Source: an uncultured Ruminococcus sp. (GTDB lineage Bacteria; Bacillota; Clostridia; Oscillospirales; Acutalibacteraceae). From it: 63,605 nt of DNA. The notes under the pieces were generated by a model that saw nothing but the letters and a program-made list of their open reading frames with translations, searched no databases and was not told the origin of the DNA. The position numbers and the translations under genes were made by a program. Positions 8,733-18,060 of the stretch are shown here, one piece after another (position 1 is the stretch's first letter; each line of letters opens with the position of its first letter). Location of the stretch: positions 1-63,605 of the forward strand of contig CAZRMP010000001.1 of NCBI GenBank assembly GCA_964601235.1. The letters run 5' to 3'.

Positions 8733-9743
8733 ATGAAAATCAAGCAAATCACATTCACGGCTCCCGGAGTTGCGGAGCTTCTTGACAGGGAAATTCCCTC
8801 CCCCGCAAAGGACGAGGTGCAGGTAAAGCTTGCCTTTTCCACTATAAGCAGCGGTACGGAGCGCTCTAATCTTATAGGCGACCCTAATGTTAATCCAAAC
8901 GCACAGGGCGCGGTGGTTTTTCCCAAGGTATTAGGCTACAGCTCCTCGGGTATAGTTGAGGCGGTAGGTGAAAATGTTTCCGAGTTTAAGGTCGGCGACA
9001 GGGTGGCTATGTCCTGGACTGTGCACAGAAGCTATATAAATCTCAATAAAAATTCAGTATATAAATTGCCTGACAATGTCTCCTTTGAAGACGGCGCTTT
9101 AGCGCATATTTCCATTTTCCCCCTTGCGGCTATAAGAAAGTGCCGTCTTGAAATAGGCGAATCCGCAATAGTAATGGGTATGGGCGTATTGGGGCTTGTT
9201 GCGATACCGCTCTTAAAGGCGGCGGGTGCAGTACCCGTTATTGCGGTTGACCCCGTTCCCGAAAAGAGAGAAAAGGCGCTGAAGTCAGGCGCTGATTATG
9301 CCCTTGACCCCTTTGCCGCAGACTTTGCCGATACCGTAAAGGAAATAACAGGCGGCGGTGCCAAGGTAGGTATTGAGGTCACGGGTATAGGTGCAGGTCT
9401 TGACGGCATACTTGACTGTATGGCACGCTACGGCAGAGTGGCGCTTTTGGGCTGCACAAGAAATAAAGATTTTACTATAGACTATTACAGAAAGGTTCAC
9501 GGCCCCGGAATCACCCTTGTAGGCGCTCATACAGGTGCCCGTCCCCAGGTTGAATCAAGCGGCGGCTGGTGGACTCAAAAGGACGATATAGCTACAACCC
9601 TTAAGCTTACCGAAATGGGCAGAATTAAGCTTTCGGATATGATTGATGAGGTTCATTCACCGTCGGAAGCCCCCGAGGTTTATGCGCGGCTTGCCAAGGA
9701 AAAATCCTTCCCGATGGTTCAGTTTGATTGGAGGAAGCTGTAA
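8733..9743 (+). CDS. Medium-chain (zinc-type) alcohol dehydrogenase family oxidoreductase
   Basis: GIVEAVGENVSEFKVGDRV and the Rossmann motif VMGMGVLG. ATG 8733 preferred over the upstream GTG 8724. Confidence 0.75.
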   Translation: MKIKQITFTAPGVAELLDREIPSPAKDEVQVKLAFSTISSGTERSNLIGDPNVNPNAQGAVVFPKVLGYSSSGIVEAVGENVSEFKVGDRVAMSWTVHRSYINLNKNSVYKLPDNVSFEDGALAHISIFPLAAIRKCRLEIGESAIVMGMGVLGLVAIPLLKAAGAVPVIAVDPVPEKREKALKSGADYALDPFAADFADTVKEITGGGAKVGIEVTGIGAGLDGILDCMARYGRVALLGCTRNKDFTIDYYRKVHGPGITLVGAHTGARPQVESSGGWWTQKDDIATTLKLTEMGRIKLSDMIDEVHSPSEAPEVYARLAKEKSFPMVQFDWRKL

Positions 9744-10762
9744 TGAAAAGAATTAAAATAGCCCAGATAGGCACGGGTCACGACCATGCCTTTTCACCCA
9801 TTCCCACCTTTAAGAAATTAAGCGATATTTTTGAATTTGTGGGCTACTGCACGGTTCCCGAGGACGAATATAATATACCGCAGTTCAGCAATCAGGCGCA
9901 TAAGTGGGCTATAGGTGACGCAAAGCAGCTTACCCTTGATGAGATTTTAAATTACCCCGACCTTGACGCAGTTTGCATTGAAACCGAGGACAGGGCGCTT
10001 ACAAAATATGCGATTATGGCGGCTGAAAAGGGCTTACATATTCAAATGGATAAGCCGGGCGGTATTGATGACGCCGAATTTGACCGATTAATTGATATTG
10101 TGGAAGAAAAGAAGCTTGTTTTCCATATGGCTTATATGTATAGATATAACCCCGCTGTTATTAAGCTTAAAGAGGATATTAAGGCGGGCAAGCTGGGTGA
10201 TATAATCGCCGCCGAGGGAGAGATGGACTGCCGCCACGCACTTCCAAAGCGTAATTGGCTTAAGGCTTATCCCGGCGGAATGCTTTACTTTTTGGGCTGT
10301 CATATGGTGGATTTGGTTTATTCTATTATGGGCGACCCGGAAGAGATAATACCCTTAAGCTGCTCATCGGGACTTGAGGGGACTGACGCAAAGGATTTCG
10401 GCATGGCGGTATTTAAGTACAAAAACGGCGTATCGGTAGCTAAAAGCACCGCGGTAGAGGACGGCGGCTATGAGCGCAGGCATCTTTTGGTTGTGGGAAC
10501 AAAGGGTACGGTAGAGTTGCGCCCTATTGAAACGGGAGCGGCGAGCGAGGAACTTTTCAATGCCCAGAAAACTACTGTACGGGAAAACTTTTCGGAAGCC
10601 TTTACCTCAAAAGCAGAATGTTACGAAACCGAGGTTTTCGGCAGATTTGACGGTATGTTCCGTGCCTTTGCCGATTATATAAACGGCGTAAAGCCTAATC
10701 CTTACACCTATGAATACGAAAGAAAATTACATAAGGTGTTACTTAAAGCGTGTGGTGAATAA
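9743..10762 (+). CDS. Gfo/Idh/MocA family oxidoreductase
   Basis: MKRIKIAQIGTGHDHA N-terminal Rossmann signature. The start overlaps the upstream stop (TAATG), which suggests translational coupling. Confidence 0.8.
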   Translation: MKRIKIAQIGTGHDHAFSPIPTFKKLSDIFEFVGYCTVPEDEYNIPQFSNQAHKWAIGDAKQLTLDEILNYPDLDAVCIETEDRALTKYAIMAAEKGLHIQMDKPGGIDDAEFDRLIDIVEEKKLVFHMAYMYRYNPAVIKLKEDIKAGKLGDIIAAEGEMDCRHALPKRNWLKAYPGGMLYFLGCHMVDLVYSIMGDPEEIIPLSCSSGLEGTDAKDFGMAVFKYKNGVSVAKSTAVEDGGYERRHLLVVGTKGTVELRPIETGAASEELFNAQKTTVRENFSEAFTSKAECYETEVFGRFDGMFRAFADYINGVKPNPYTYEYERKLHKVLLKACGE

Positions 10763-10764
10763 AA

Positions 10765-10938
10765 ACGAAAGCAATATTGGTAAATGACGACAGGTCTTTA
10801 AGATGGGATAATGTGCCCGACCCCGTTTTAGGTAATGACGATTGCTTAATAAAAATCGAAGCGGCGGCGGCCCGCGATATTCTCTATCGCGGCGAGAATG
10901 TAGGAAACGCAGGTTTGCGGCGGTGTAAAGGCGGTTAA
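10765..10938 (+). pseudogene. Remnant of a Zn-alcohol-dehydrogenase N-terminus (start codon mutated to ACG)
   Basis: Translation TKAILVNDDRSLRWDNVPDPVLGNDDCLIKIEAAA matches the canonical MDR N-terminus. ACG sits where ATG is expected, and there is a stop after 57 codons. Confidence 0.5.
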
Positions 10939-10939
10939 A

Positions 10940-11146
10940 ATCGGCGGTCATTCCAAGGGCTCGTCAATCGTAGAAATAACGGGCGAAGACAAGCTGCAAA
11001 TAATCGCGGGCGATGAGTGCTATATGAGGGGCTGCCTTACAAAACAGATTCCCACGGGTATGGCATATGACCGGGAAAAAAGTCAGGCTTTTATTCAAAA
11101 ATACGGCAAGGGTGGATATACGGTTTTGCTCTGCCACGATATTTAA
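10940..11146 (+). pseudogene. Remnant of the C-terminus of a metallo-beta-lactamase-fold hydrolase
   Basis: A 68-codon frame (...GGHSKGS...IIAGDECY...TVLLCHDI*) resembles the C-terminal third of MBL-fold lactonases. It has no start or N-terminal part. Confidence 0.4.
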
Positions 11147-11154
11147 ATATTATT

Positions 11155-11192
11155 AGGCTCTTTACCGCAAATGTCGGTAAAGAGCCTTTTTT
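11155..11192. terminator. Hairpin terminator
   Basis: 13-bp stem AGGCTCTTTACCG/CGGTAAAGAGCCT with a 7-nt loop, followed by TTTTT. Confidence 0.75.
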
Positions 11193-11205
11193 ATCCTAAG
11201 CAGAA

Positions 11206-12033
11206 TTAAAGCCGATTTTTATACCGGAGAGGGGAAACACCCTCTGATTCCTTGAAAATCCGTGAAAAATAGAATTGGTCTTCAATTCCGACGGCAAGCG
11301 CTACCTCCGAAACCGAGACGGTATTTCGGCTTAAAAGCTCCTTGGCGTGTTCAATCCGCAGCCCGTTTCTGTATTCAACAGGCGAAAGCCCCGTAAAACC
11401 CTTAAAAAGCTTTCTGAAATGAGACTCGCTTAAATTGAATTTTTCCGCGAGAAACGCCATTTTAAAATTTTCCGCATAATGCTCCTCAAGATATCTAACT
11501 GCATCTTTAAGCAATAAGACATTTTCGTAATCGTTTGAATAAATGTCGATAACGGTTTTCATAATTTTATAAAGCTTATATTTACGCATCATCGGCTTTA
11601 AAGCAAATTTAGATATATCAAAAAAATCTTTTTCTAATTGCGCGCTTTTGAAATCTACAACCTTTATCGGCTTACGGCTTAAGGTAATGATTTTCCTGTC
11701 GGGACGCACCATATTAAAATTTATGCAAAGGGTTTTAACCTTGCCGAAATATTCGCTGTCAGGAGGCGAAATCACCTCGAATTTATATTTGCCGCCGAAG
11801 GGGCAGTAGACTATATCGCCGTTTTTTGCGGTAAAGGTATCTCCCGAATTATCGGTATACCGCACGGTTATATCGGTTATTACCATAAAAAGCGCACTTG
11901 AGTTACGGGGCGTATACATAAATTCCGTCCAGTCGCTTATATCGTCCCAATATTGCTTTATAACCGCTATGATTTCAAAATCAAATTCGGCATAGGGGAG
12001 CTTTGAAAAGTCCATTAAAACAGAATTGTCCAA
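11206..12033 (-). CDS. AraC family transcriptional regulator
   Basis: C-terminal double HTH (FLAEKFNLSESHFRKLFK...VGIEDQFYFSRIFK). Divergent from the GH2 gene. Confidence 0.85.
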   Translation of the reverse strand: MDNSVLMDFSKLPYAEFDFEIIAVIKQYWDDISDWTEFMYTPRNSSALFMVITDITVRYTDNSGDTFTAKNGDIVYCPFGGKYKFEVISPPDSEYFGKVKTLCINFNMVRPDRKIITLSRKPIKVVDFKSAQLEKDFFDISKFALKPMMRKYKLYKIMKTVIDIYSNDYENVLLLKDAVRYLEEHYAENFKMAFLAEKFNLSESHFRKLFKGFTGLSPVEYRNGLRIEHAKELLSRNTVSVSEVALAVGIEDQFYFSRIFKESEGVSPLRYKNRL

Positions 12034-12192
12034 CTCATATCACCACCTGTATTTATTATACCTGATGTCGGCAAAAAAGTCCATATAAAAAATCGAATAA
12101 TCCATAAAAAAGTTGATTAATTTATTCTTATTTGATTTATAATACTTTATAATACAACCGAGCATTGGATATTCAATAAAGGAGGAAATGCT

Positions 12193-14517
12193 ATGAGAAC
12201 TCAAATAGATTTAAACAACGGCTGGCTTTTTCATAAGGGGGATATAAAGTTGCCCCGCCCCGCAGACAAGGGGCCTACTTATTCCCAAAGCAAAACCGTA
12301 CGCAAGCTTATAGGCCCTGCGGCATACGGCTATTATGACAAACCCGATTCCTACGATTTGGACGGCGATGTGAGAAGCGAGGGCTGGAAATATGTTAATC
12401 TTCCCCACGATTATATAGTTGATCAGGACAATGACCCCACCCAAAATAACGCCCACGGATTTTTCAAATATGACAACGCGTGGTACAGAAGGCATTTTAA
12501 GCTTGAAGAGGGGGCGCGCGGGAAACGCATACTGCTGATGTTTGAGGGTATTGCGGGACGTTCCACAATATATCTCAACGGCTGTCTTATGAAGCATAAC
12601 TTTTCTTCCTATAACAGCTTTTTTGTGGATATAAGCGCGAATGTATATTTCGACCGCGAGAATGTTATAGCCGTATATTCCAACATCGAGGAATTTGAGG
12701 GCTGGTGGTATCAGGGCGGCGGAATATACCGCAATGTAGCTTTGCTTATAACCGACCCTGTAGCGATAGATGTTTACGGAGTATATGCGCCTGCAAAAAA
12801 GGTTGGAGAAAAGCAGTGGCGGGTTGATTTTGAAACAACCGTGCTTAACGATACCTACGAGGACCGCAGGGTGTCGGTGGTAAGCGGTATTTATGATTCT
12901 GACGGAAACGAGGTGGCTTCGGCTAAGGCAGAGGGAGCAGTACCGCTCCGCGAGAAAACCACCCTTAAATATTCCTTAGAGGTTTACAACCCGCTTTTAT
13001 GGGACACGGAAAATCCCAACCTATATACCGTTAAAACGGTGCTTACCGAAGGGGACGGTATGACCGACGAGAGCACAACGAGAATAGGCTTCAGGACTGT
13101 GGAATTAGACCCCCAAAAGGGCTTGCTTTTAAACGGTGAAAAAACCTTTATAAATGGCTTGTGCTGTCATCAGGATTTCGGTCTTACGGGACTTGCGGTG
13201 CCGGATAACATTGCGAAATATAAAATAGCGCTTATGAAGGAAATGGGTGCTAACGGCTTTAGAACAACCCATTATCAAAACTCCGCCGCCACAATGGATG
13301 CCCTTGACGAGCTGGGCTTCCTTGTTATGAACGAAACCCGTTGGTTTGAAGCCACCGAAGAGGCTATGGAACAGCTTGAAACCCTTGTAAAGCGGGACAG
13401 AAACAGACCGTCGGTAATTTTCTGGTCAACAGGAAACGAAGAGCCCTTGCAGGCTACCGAAAACGGAAGACTTATTCATAAGGCGATGGCGGCAAAAATA
13501 AAGAAGCTTGACAGTACAAGATTTATAACCGCCGCAGAATGTCACGCACCGGACAACTCAACTATATATGATGACTGCGACCTTGTGGGTATAAACTATA
13601 ATATTGAGCTATATGACAAGATACATAAGCAGTATCCGGATAAGCTGTTTTTTGCGTCTGAGTGCTGTGCAACCGGAACAATAAGGGACTGGAATCTGCC
13701 GAGCAATCTTAACGGTAAAATAATCGATAAGGATCACGATACAAATAACTGGTTCAGAGGACGGGAAAACACCTGGAAATTCCTTAAAGAGCGCCCGTAT
13801 ATAATCGGGGCTTACCAGTGGGCGGCGGTGGAGCACCGCGGAGAAGCGGAATGGCCCGCTGTATGCTCAAAATCGGGGGCTATCGACCTGTTTTTGCAGA
13901 AAAAGGGCGCTTTTTATCAAAATATGTCCCATTGGACGGATAAGCCGATGGCACATATTGTTCCCCATTGGAACTTTAAGGGACTTGAGGGAGAGCCGAT
14001 TCCCGTAACCGTATATACCAACTGCGATGAGCTGGAGCTGTTCTTAAACGGCGAGAGTCTCGGTAAGAAACAGATTGAAAAATACGGTCACGGAGAGTGG
14101 CAGGTGAATTATGTCCCCGGAACACTTACGGTAAAGGGCTACCGTGAAGGAAAGCCTGTCGCCGAAGACCAAAGAAAGACCTCAAAGCCCGCTGACAGGC
14201 TTGTACTGCGTGCGGATAATAAATTTGAAGCCAACGGAACGGATATTGCGCTGTTTACCTGCGAATGTATAGACGAGGACGGCTTACCTGTTCCCAACGC
14301 CGCCGAGTATGTCAGATTTTCCGTGACAGCCCCCGCAAGAATAGTCGGAACAGGCTCTTCAAACAGCGACCATAACAGGGTGTCCCTTGCCGAACGCCGT
14401 ATGTACGCCGGAAAAATCACCGTTGCGGTTCGTCCTGCAAAAGGGCAAAAAATACTCGAGCTGTTCGCCGAAAGCGACCGCTGCGGAATAGCAAAAATTA
14501 TTTTGGAAACGGAGTAA
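12193..14517 (+). CDS. Glycoside hydrolase family 2 (beta-galactosidase/glucuronidase type)
   Basis: RBS AAGGAGG. GH2 motifs NAWYRRHF, GGIYRNV, NGFRTTHY, WSTGNEE. No signal peptide. Confidence 0.8.
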   Translation: MRTQIDLNNGWLFHKGDIKLPRPADKGPTYSQSKTVRKLIGPAAYGYYDKPDSYDLDGDVRSEGWKYVNLPHDYIVDQDNDPTQNNAHGFFKYDNAWYRRHFKLEEGARGKRILLMFEGIAGRSTIYLNGCLMKHNFSSYNSFFVDISANVYFDRENVIAVYSNIEEFEGWWYQGGGIYRNVALLITDPVAIDVYGVYAPAKKVGEKQWRVDFETTVLNDTYEDRRVSVVSGIYDSDGNEVASAKAEGAVPLREKTTLKYSLEVYNPLLWDTENPNLYTVKTVLTEGDGMTDESTTRIGFRTVELDPQKGLLLNGEKTFINGLCCHQDFGLTGLAVPDNIAKYKIALMKEMGANGFRTTHYQNSAATMDALDELGFLVMNETRWFEATEEAMEQLETLVKRDRNRPSVIFWSTGNEEPLQATENGRLIHKAMAAKIKKLDSTRFITAAECHAPDNSTIYDDCDLVGINYNIELYDKIHKQYPDKLFFASECCATGTIRDWNLPSNLNGKIIDKDHDTNNWFRGRENTWKFLKERPYIIGAYQWAAVEHRGEAEWPAVCSKSGAIDLFLQKKGAFYQNMSHWTDKPMAHIVPHWNFKGLEGEPIPVTVYTNCDELELFLNGESLGKKQIEKYGHGEWQVNYVPGTLTVKGYREGKPVAEDQRKTSKPADRLVLRADNKFEANGTDIALFTCECIDEDGLPVPNAAEYVRFSVTAPARIVGTGSSNSDHNRVSLAERRMYAGKITVAVRPAKGQKILELFAESDRCGIAKIILETE

Positions 14518-14518
14518 A
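14480..14518 (+). repeat. 39-nt direct repeat, copy 1 (3' end of GH2 gene plus RBS)
   Basis: GCTGCGGAATAGCAAAAATTATTTTGGAAACGGAGTAAA is identical to 18018-18056. Confidence 0.95.
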
Positions 14519-14522
14519 TATT

Positions 14523-17500
14523 TTGAAAATGACACAGAACATTACAAATACAACGCCTCGTCCCCAAACCGTTTCGCTTGCCCGCAAGGCGGCAGAAGAG
14601 GGAATCGTTCTGCTCAAAAATGAAGATAACATATTGCCCCTTAAGGCAAACTCGCCCGTTTCCATCTTTGGCCGCTGTCAAATTGATACATTCTCAGGCG
14701 GTTACGGCTCAGGTGTAGGTCCGTCCGCCGACTATCCTCCCATAACCCTCATTCAGGGCTTTGATAATAATCCTGTAATTTCTTATAATGAAAGACTGGC
14801 AAAGCTCTATGCCGACTGGGTGGCGGAAAATCCTATAACCTTCGGCGGCTGGGGAACCTGGCCTGCAAGCTATCCTGAAATGCCTCTTACCGAGGAAACA
14901 GTGTCAGATGCACGCGCTGTTTCCGACACGGCTGTTGTTATTATCGGCCGTGCCGCAGGTGAAGACCGCGAGTTACAACTTAAAAAAAGCGAAATTTTCC
15001 TAAGCGATGACGAGCTTGATATGCTCTCAAAGGTAAACGCAAGGTTCGAAAACATAATTATCCTTATGAACGCGGGTAATGTTCTTGATATGTCCTGGAT
15101 AGCCGACTATAAACATATTAAAGGCGTCCTCTATGTATGGCAGGGCGGACTTGAAAACGGAAACGCTATTGCAGATGTTTTGTCAGGCGATGTAAGCCCC
15201 TCGGGAAAGCTTTCCGCTACTATTGCAAAATCTTTTTATGACTATCCCTCCTCAGATACCTTCGGCGTTATCGACGGGGATTCCTTACACGAAATATACA
15301 AAGAAGATATTTATGTAGGCTACCGCTATTTCGAAACCTTTGCTAAGGATAAGGTGCTTTATCCCTTTGGATACGGGCTTAGCTATACGAATTTCGATAT
15401 TTCCGCAGCATATGAAATTAAAGACGGTAATATCGTCATTTCCGCTACCGTTAAAAATATCGGCAATACATACAGCGGAAAAGAGGTAGTGCAGATCTAC
15501 TATTCCGCTCCCCAAGGTAGCTTAGGCAAGCCGACAGCAGAGCTTGCCGCTTATGCGAAAACAAACGAGATAGCACCGGGTGCTTCTCAAACTCTGACTA
15601 TTACCTTCCCCGTAAAAAATATGGCTTCATATGACGACTCGGGCAAATCGGGTCACAAATCCGCCTGGGTTATGGAGGCGGGAGAATATAAGCTCCTTGT
15701 GGGTAATTCCTGCCGTGACTTAACGCAAATCGGCACATATAATGTGACAGAGACTGTCGTTACAGAGCAGTTAAGCGAAGCCAGCGCTCCTACTGCCGAG
15801 TTTAAACGCATTATACCCATTGTCGGTGAGGACGGCAGCATCACGGAGGGCTGTGAACCGACACCTACCGCGGAAGTCGATATAGCTGAGCGTGTGCTTA
15901 AAAATCTTCCCAACGCCGTAGAAATGACAGAAGATAAGGGTATTACCCTTATGGATGTCTACAACGGCAATAACACTATGGACGAGTTTATAGCCCAGCT
16001 TAGTGCCGAGGAGCTTGCTGTCCTTACCAGAGGTAACGGGTATCAGGGCTATGAAAAGGTTGAAGCGGAAAGTAACGGCGGTGCCTTCGGCGGAATAAGC
16101 GATTCTCTTCTTGCAAAAGGAATCCCCGCAGTATCTACCCGCGGAACTCCCGCAGGAATAGGCGCAGGCGGAAAAAGAACCAAGATACCGATAGCTACTA
16201 TGCTTGCCTGCACCTTTAACGATCCTCTGATGGAAGAGCTTTACTACTATGTGGGGCTTGAGGGGCTTGACGCGAAGCTTGATTCTCACCTTGCTCCCAG
16301 TATGAATATTCACCGCAATCCTCTTTGCGGACGCAATTTCGAATATTTCTCCGAGGACCCGGTTCTCACAGGACAGATGGCGGCTGCGGCCGTTATCGGC
16401 GCTCAAAAGACAGGCATCTCCTCCTGCCCTAAGCATTATGCCCTTAATAATCAGGAGGCAAGCAGACGCGGTTCCGACTCTATCGCCTCCGAAAGAGCGC
16501 AACGGGAGATATATTTAAAGGGCTTTGAAATATGCGTTAAAGCCTCAAATCCAGACAATATAATGGCAAGCTACAATAAAGTCAACGGGGTGTACAGTCA
16601 TTATAATTACGACCTCGCAACTACTATTCTCCGTGATGAGTGGGGTTGGGACGGCGTCCTTATGACCGACTGGTGGCTTATGAAGGATTCCTCCGATAAA
16701 CTCGATGTTTCCAACGATGCGTGGCGTATCCGCGCTCAGGTGGATTTAAATATGCCCGGTGCAAAGCCGGGACTTGTCGCTCAGGATTCTGCAGTTAAGA
16801 ATGATATTGCCGCAAATGTAGGCGATTCGCTTGTTCTGGCGGCATATAACAAGTGGGTAGAAGCAGGCAAGCCCACCGACAGGCTTGCAGGTCTTACCTT
16901 GGGTGAAATTCAGCGCTGTGCAAGGAATGTTCTTACATATATAATGCAGTCCCGTGTGTTCAGACTTCAAAACGGCTTAGAGCTTGACCTTAAGGAACCC
17001 ACAGGATATGAATATTTTACAGTTGAAGGAATTTTGGAGGAAACCGAGCCTCAGCTTACCAGTCTTACTATTGAAGGAATGAAAGGCTTTAACGCCTTCA
17101 GCCCGTCTATAAGACTTTATAAGGTATTCATCAGGGATATGACAAAATTACCCAATGTGTATGCAACGGGAAATGACGGCGATATTGTAACCGTCAAACA
17201 GGCGACCTCAAGCGACCCTTCGGCGACCGTTACCGTCTATAACAACGGTGGAAAGAATGTCTACCGTGTTGTCTTTACAAATGAAGCGGGGCTAAATCCT
17301 GTTGTCGACAAGCCCGTATATGCAAGAGTATCCGATATAAAGCTTAACGGAATATCCCTTGCTTCATTCTATCCTACGGTTTATAATTATAAAATTGCAG
17401 GTGCGGCGGAAAATTTCGAGGTTACGGCAGACCTGCCTGACGGAGTGATCGCCAAGGTTATCAAGGATACAAAAACACAAGGTATTATTATACGCGCCGA

Positions 17501-18029
17501 AAGCAACCATCAGGCAACGGAATATCTGCTTTCCTTTGTCAGCAAACAAAGTATGACTTCTGAGTCCGATTATTTTGACTGTGATGAAATAAGATCCATC
17601 AGGAGCGTAACCGTCTCAGCTTCAGGGAAGACTACCCTACTTGCCGCTGATGATGCTTGGTATTTAAGCGGCAGTCTCTCGACAGCAAGAGACGGAAGCG
17701 ACACCTATGTTACCGATACCGACGGCGGGCTGTATTCGATTTACAGCATAGCCGTGCAAAAATCGGGATACTATAAGCTCAACCCCACCTATGCCGTTCT
17801 TGATACCTCCAGCGGCGGCGCTATGCTGGAGCTTGATATTGAGCTGGACGGCGAACAAATTGCCAACTACCGTCCCGGAGGAAACACAGGAGGTTGGACG
17901 AGGTGGCAAACCGTTTCCCCCGCTACTGTATGGCTGCCCGAGGGTATTCATAAGCTGAGATTTGTTTGGGGAAGCTCGGCAAATCTTAAAAATATTATCA
18001 TCGAACCCGACATAACAGCTGCGGAATAG
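14523..18029 (+). CDS. Glycoside hydrolase family 3 with reversed domain order and a C-terminal CBM6-like module
   Basis: TTG start 8 nt after GGAG (ATG 14529 is an alternative). The GH3 C-domain start (LLKNEDNILPL) and Fn3-like part (YPFGYGLSYTNF) come first. The GH3 N-domain (KHYALNNQE, GVLMTDWW nucleophile motif) comes later. The C-terminal GGW..W...V.L..G.H.L segment is CBM6/35-like. Confidence 0.85.
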   Translation: MKMTQNITNTTPRPQTVSLARKAAEEGIVLLKNEDNILPLKANSPVSIFGRCQIDTFSGGYGSGVGPSADYPPITLIQGFDNNPVISYNERLAKLYADWVAENPITFGGWGTWPASYPEMPLTEETVSDARAVSDTAVVIIGRAAGEDRELQLKKSEIFLSDDELDMLSKVNARFENIIILMNAGNVLDMSWIADYKHIKGVLYVWQGGLENGNAIADVLSGDVSPSGKLSATIAKSFYDYPSSDTFGVIDGDSLHEIYKEDIYVGYRYFETFAKDKVLYPFGYGLSYTNFDISAAYEIKDGNIVISATVKNIGNTYSGKEVVQIYYSAPQGSLGKPTAELAAYAKTNEIAPGASQTLTITFPVKNMASYDDSGKSGHKSAWVMEAGEYKLLVGNSCRDLTQIGTYNVTETVVTEQLSEASAPTAEFKRIIPIVGEDGSITEGCEPTPTAEVDIAERVLKNLPNAVEMTEDKGITLMDVYNGNNTMDEFIAQLSAEELAVLTRGNGYQGYEKVEAESNGGAFGGISDSLLAKGIPAVSTRGTPAGIGAGGKRTKIPIATMLACTFNDPLMEELYYYVGLEGLDAKLDSHLAPSMNIHRNPLCGRNFEYFSEDPVLTGQMAAAAVIGAQKTGISSCPKHYALNNQEASRRGSDSIASERAQREIYLKGFEICVKASNPDNIMASYNKVNGVYSHYNYDLATTILRDEWGWDGVLMTDWWLMKDSSDKLDVSNDAWRIRAQVDLNMPGAKPGLVAQDSAVKNDIAANVGDSLVLAAYNKWVEAGKPTDRLAGLTLGEIQRCARNVLTYIMQSRVFRLQNGLELDLKEPTGYEYFTVEGILEETEPQLTSLTIEGMKGFNAFSPSIRLYKVFIRDMTKLPNVYATGNDGDIVTVKQATSSDPSATVTVYNNGGKNVYRVVFTNEAGLNPVVDKPVYARVSDIKLNGISLASFYPTVYNYKIAGAAENFEVTADLPDGVIAKVIKDTKTQGIIIRAESNHQATEYLLSFVSKQSMTSESDYFDCDEIRSIRSVTVSASGKTTLLAADDAWYLSGSLSTARDGSDTYVTDTDGGLYSIYSIAVQKSGYYKLNPTYAVLDTSSGGAMLELDIELDGEQIANYRPGGNTGGWTRWQTVSPATVWLPEGIHKLRFVWGSSANLKNIIIEPDITAAE

Positions 18030-18056
18030 CAAAAATTATTTTGGAAACGGAGTAAA
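18018..18056 (+). repeat. 39-nt direct repeat, copy 2 (3' end of GH3 gene plus RBS of GH30 gene)
   Basis: Identical to 14480-14518. Similarity continues with 3 mismatches through the next start codon. Confidence 0.95.
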
Positions 18057-18060
18057 GATT

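Noticed and set aside
10739-10951. 70-aa minus-strand ORF downstream of the oxidoreductase genes
   Set aside because: The plus strand carries a recognisable decayed Zn-ADH N-terminus over the same bases, so the minus-strand ORF is a by-product.
14139-18032. Long antisense ORFs inside the GH2/GH3 genes (14139-14681, 15771-16502, 17664-18032). Also 5571-5996, 18328-18921, 3570-4049 and many 60-130-aa antisense or out-of-frame ORFs in the track.
   Set aside because: Each is fully nested in, or opposite to, a strongly supported CDS with clear family motifs. They have no RBS, low-complexity Ala/Arg/Ser-rich translations, and no recognisable domains.
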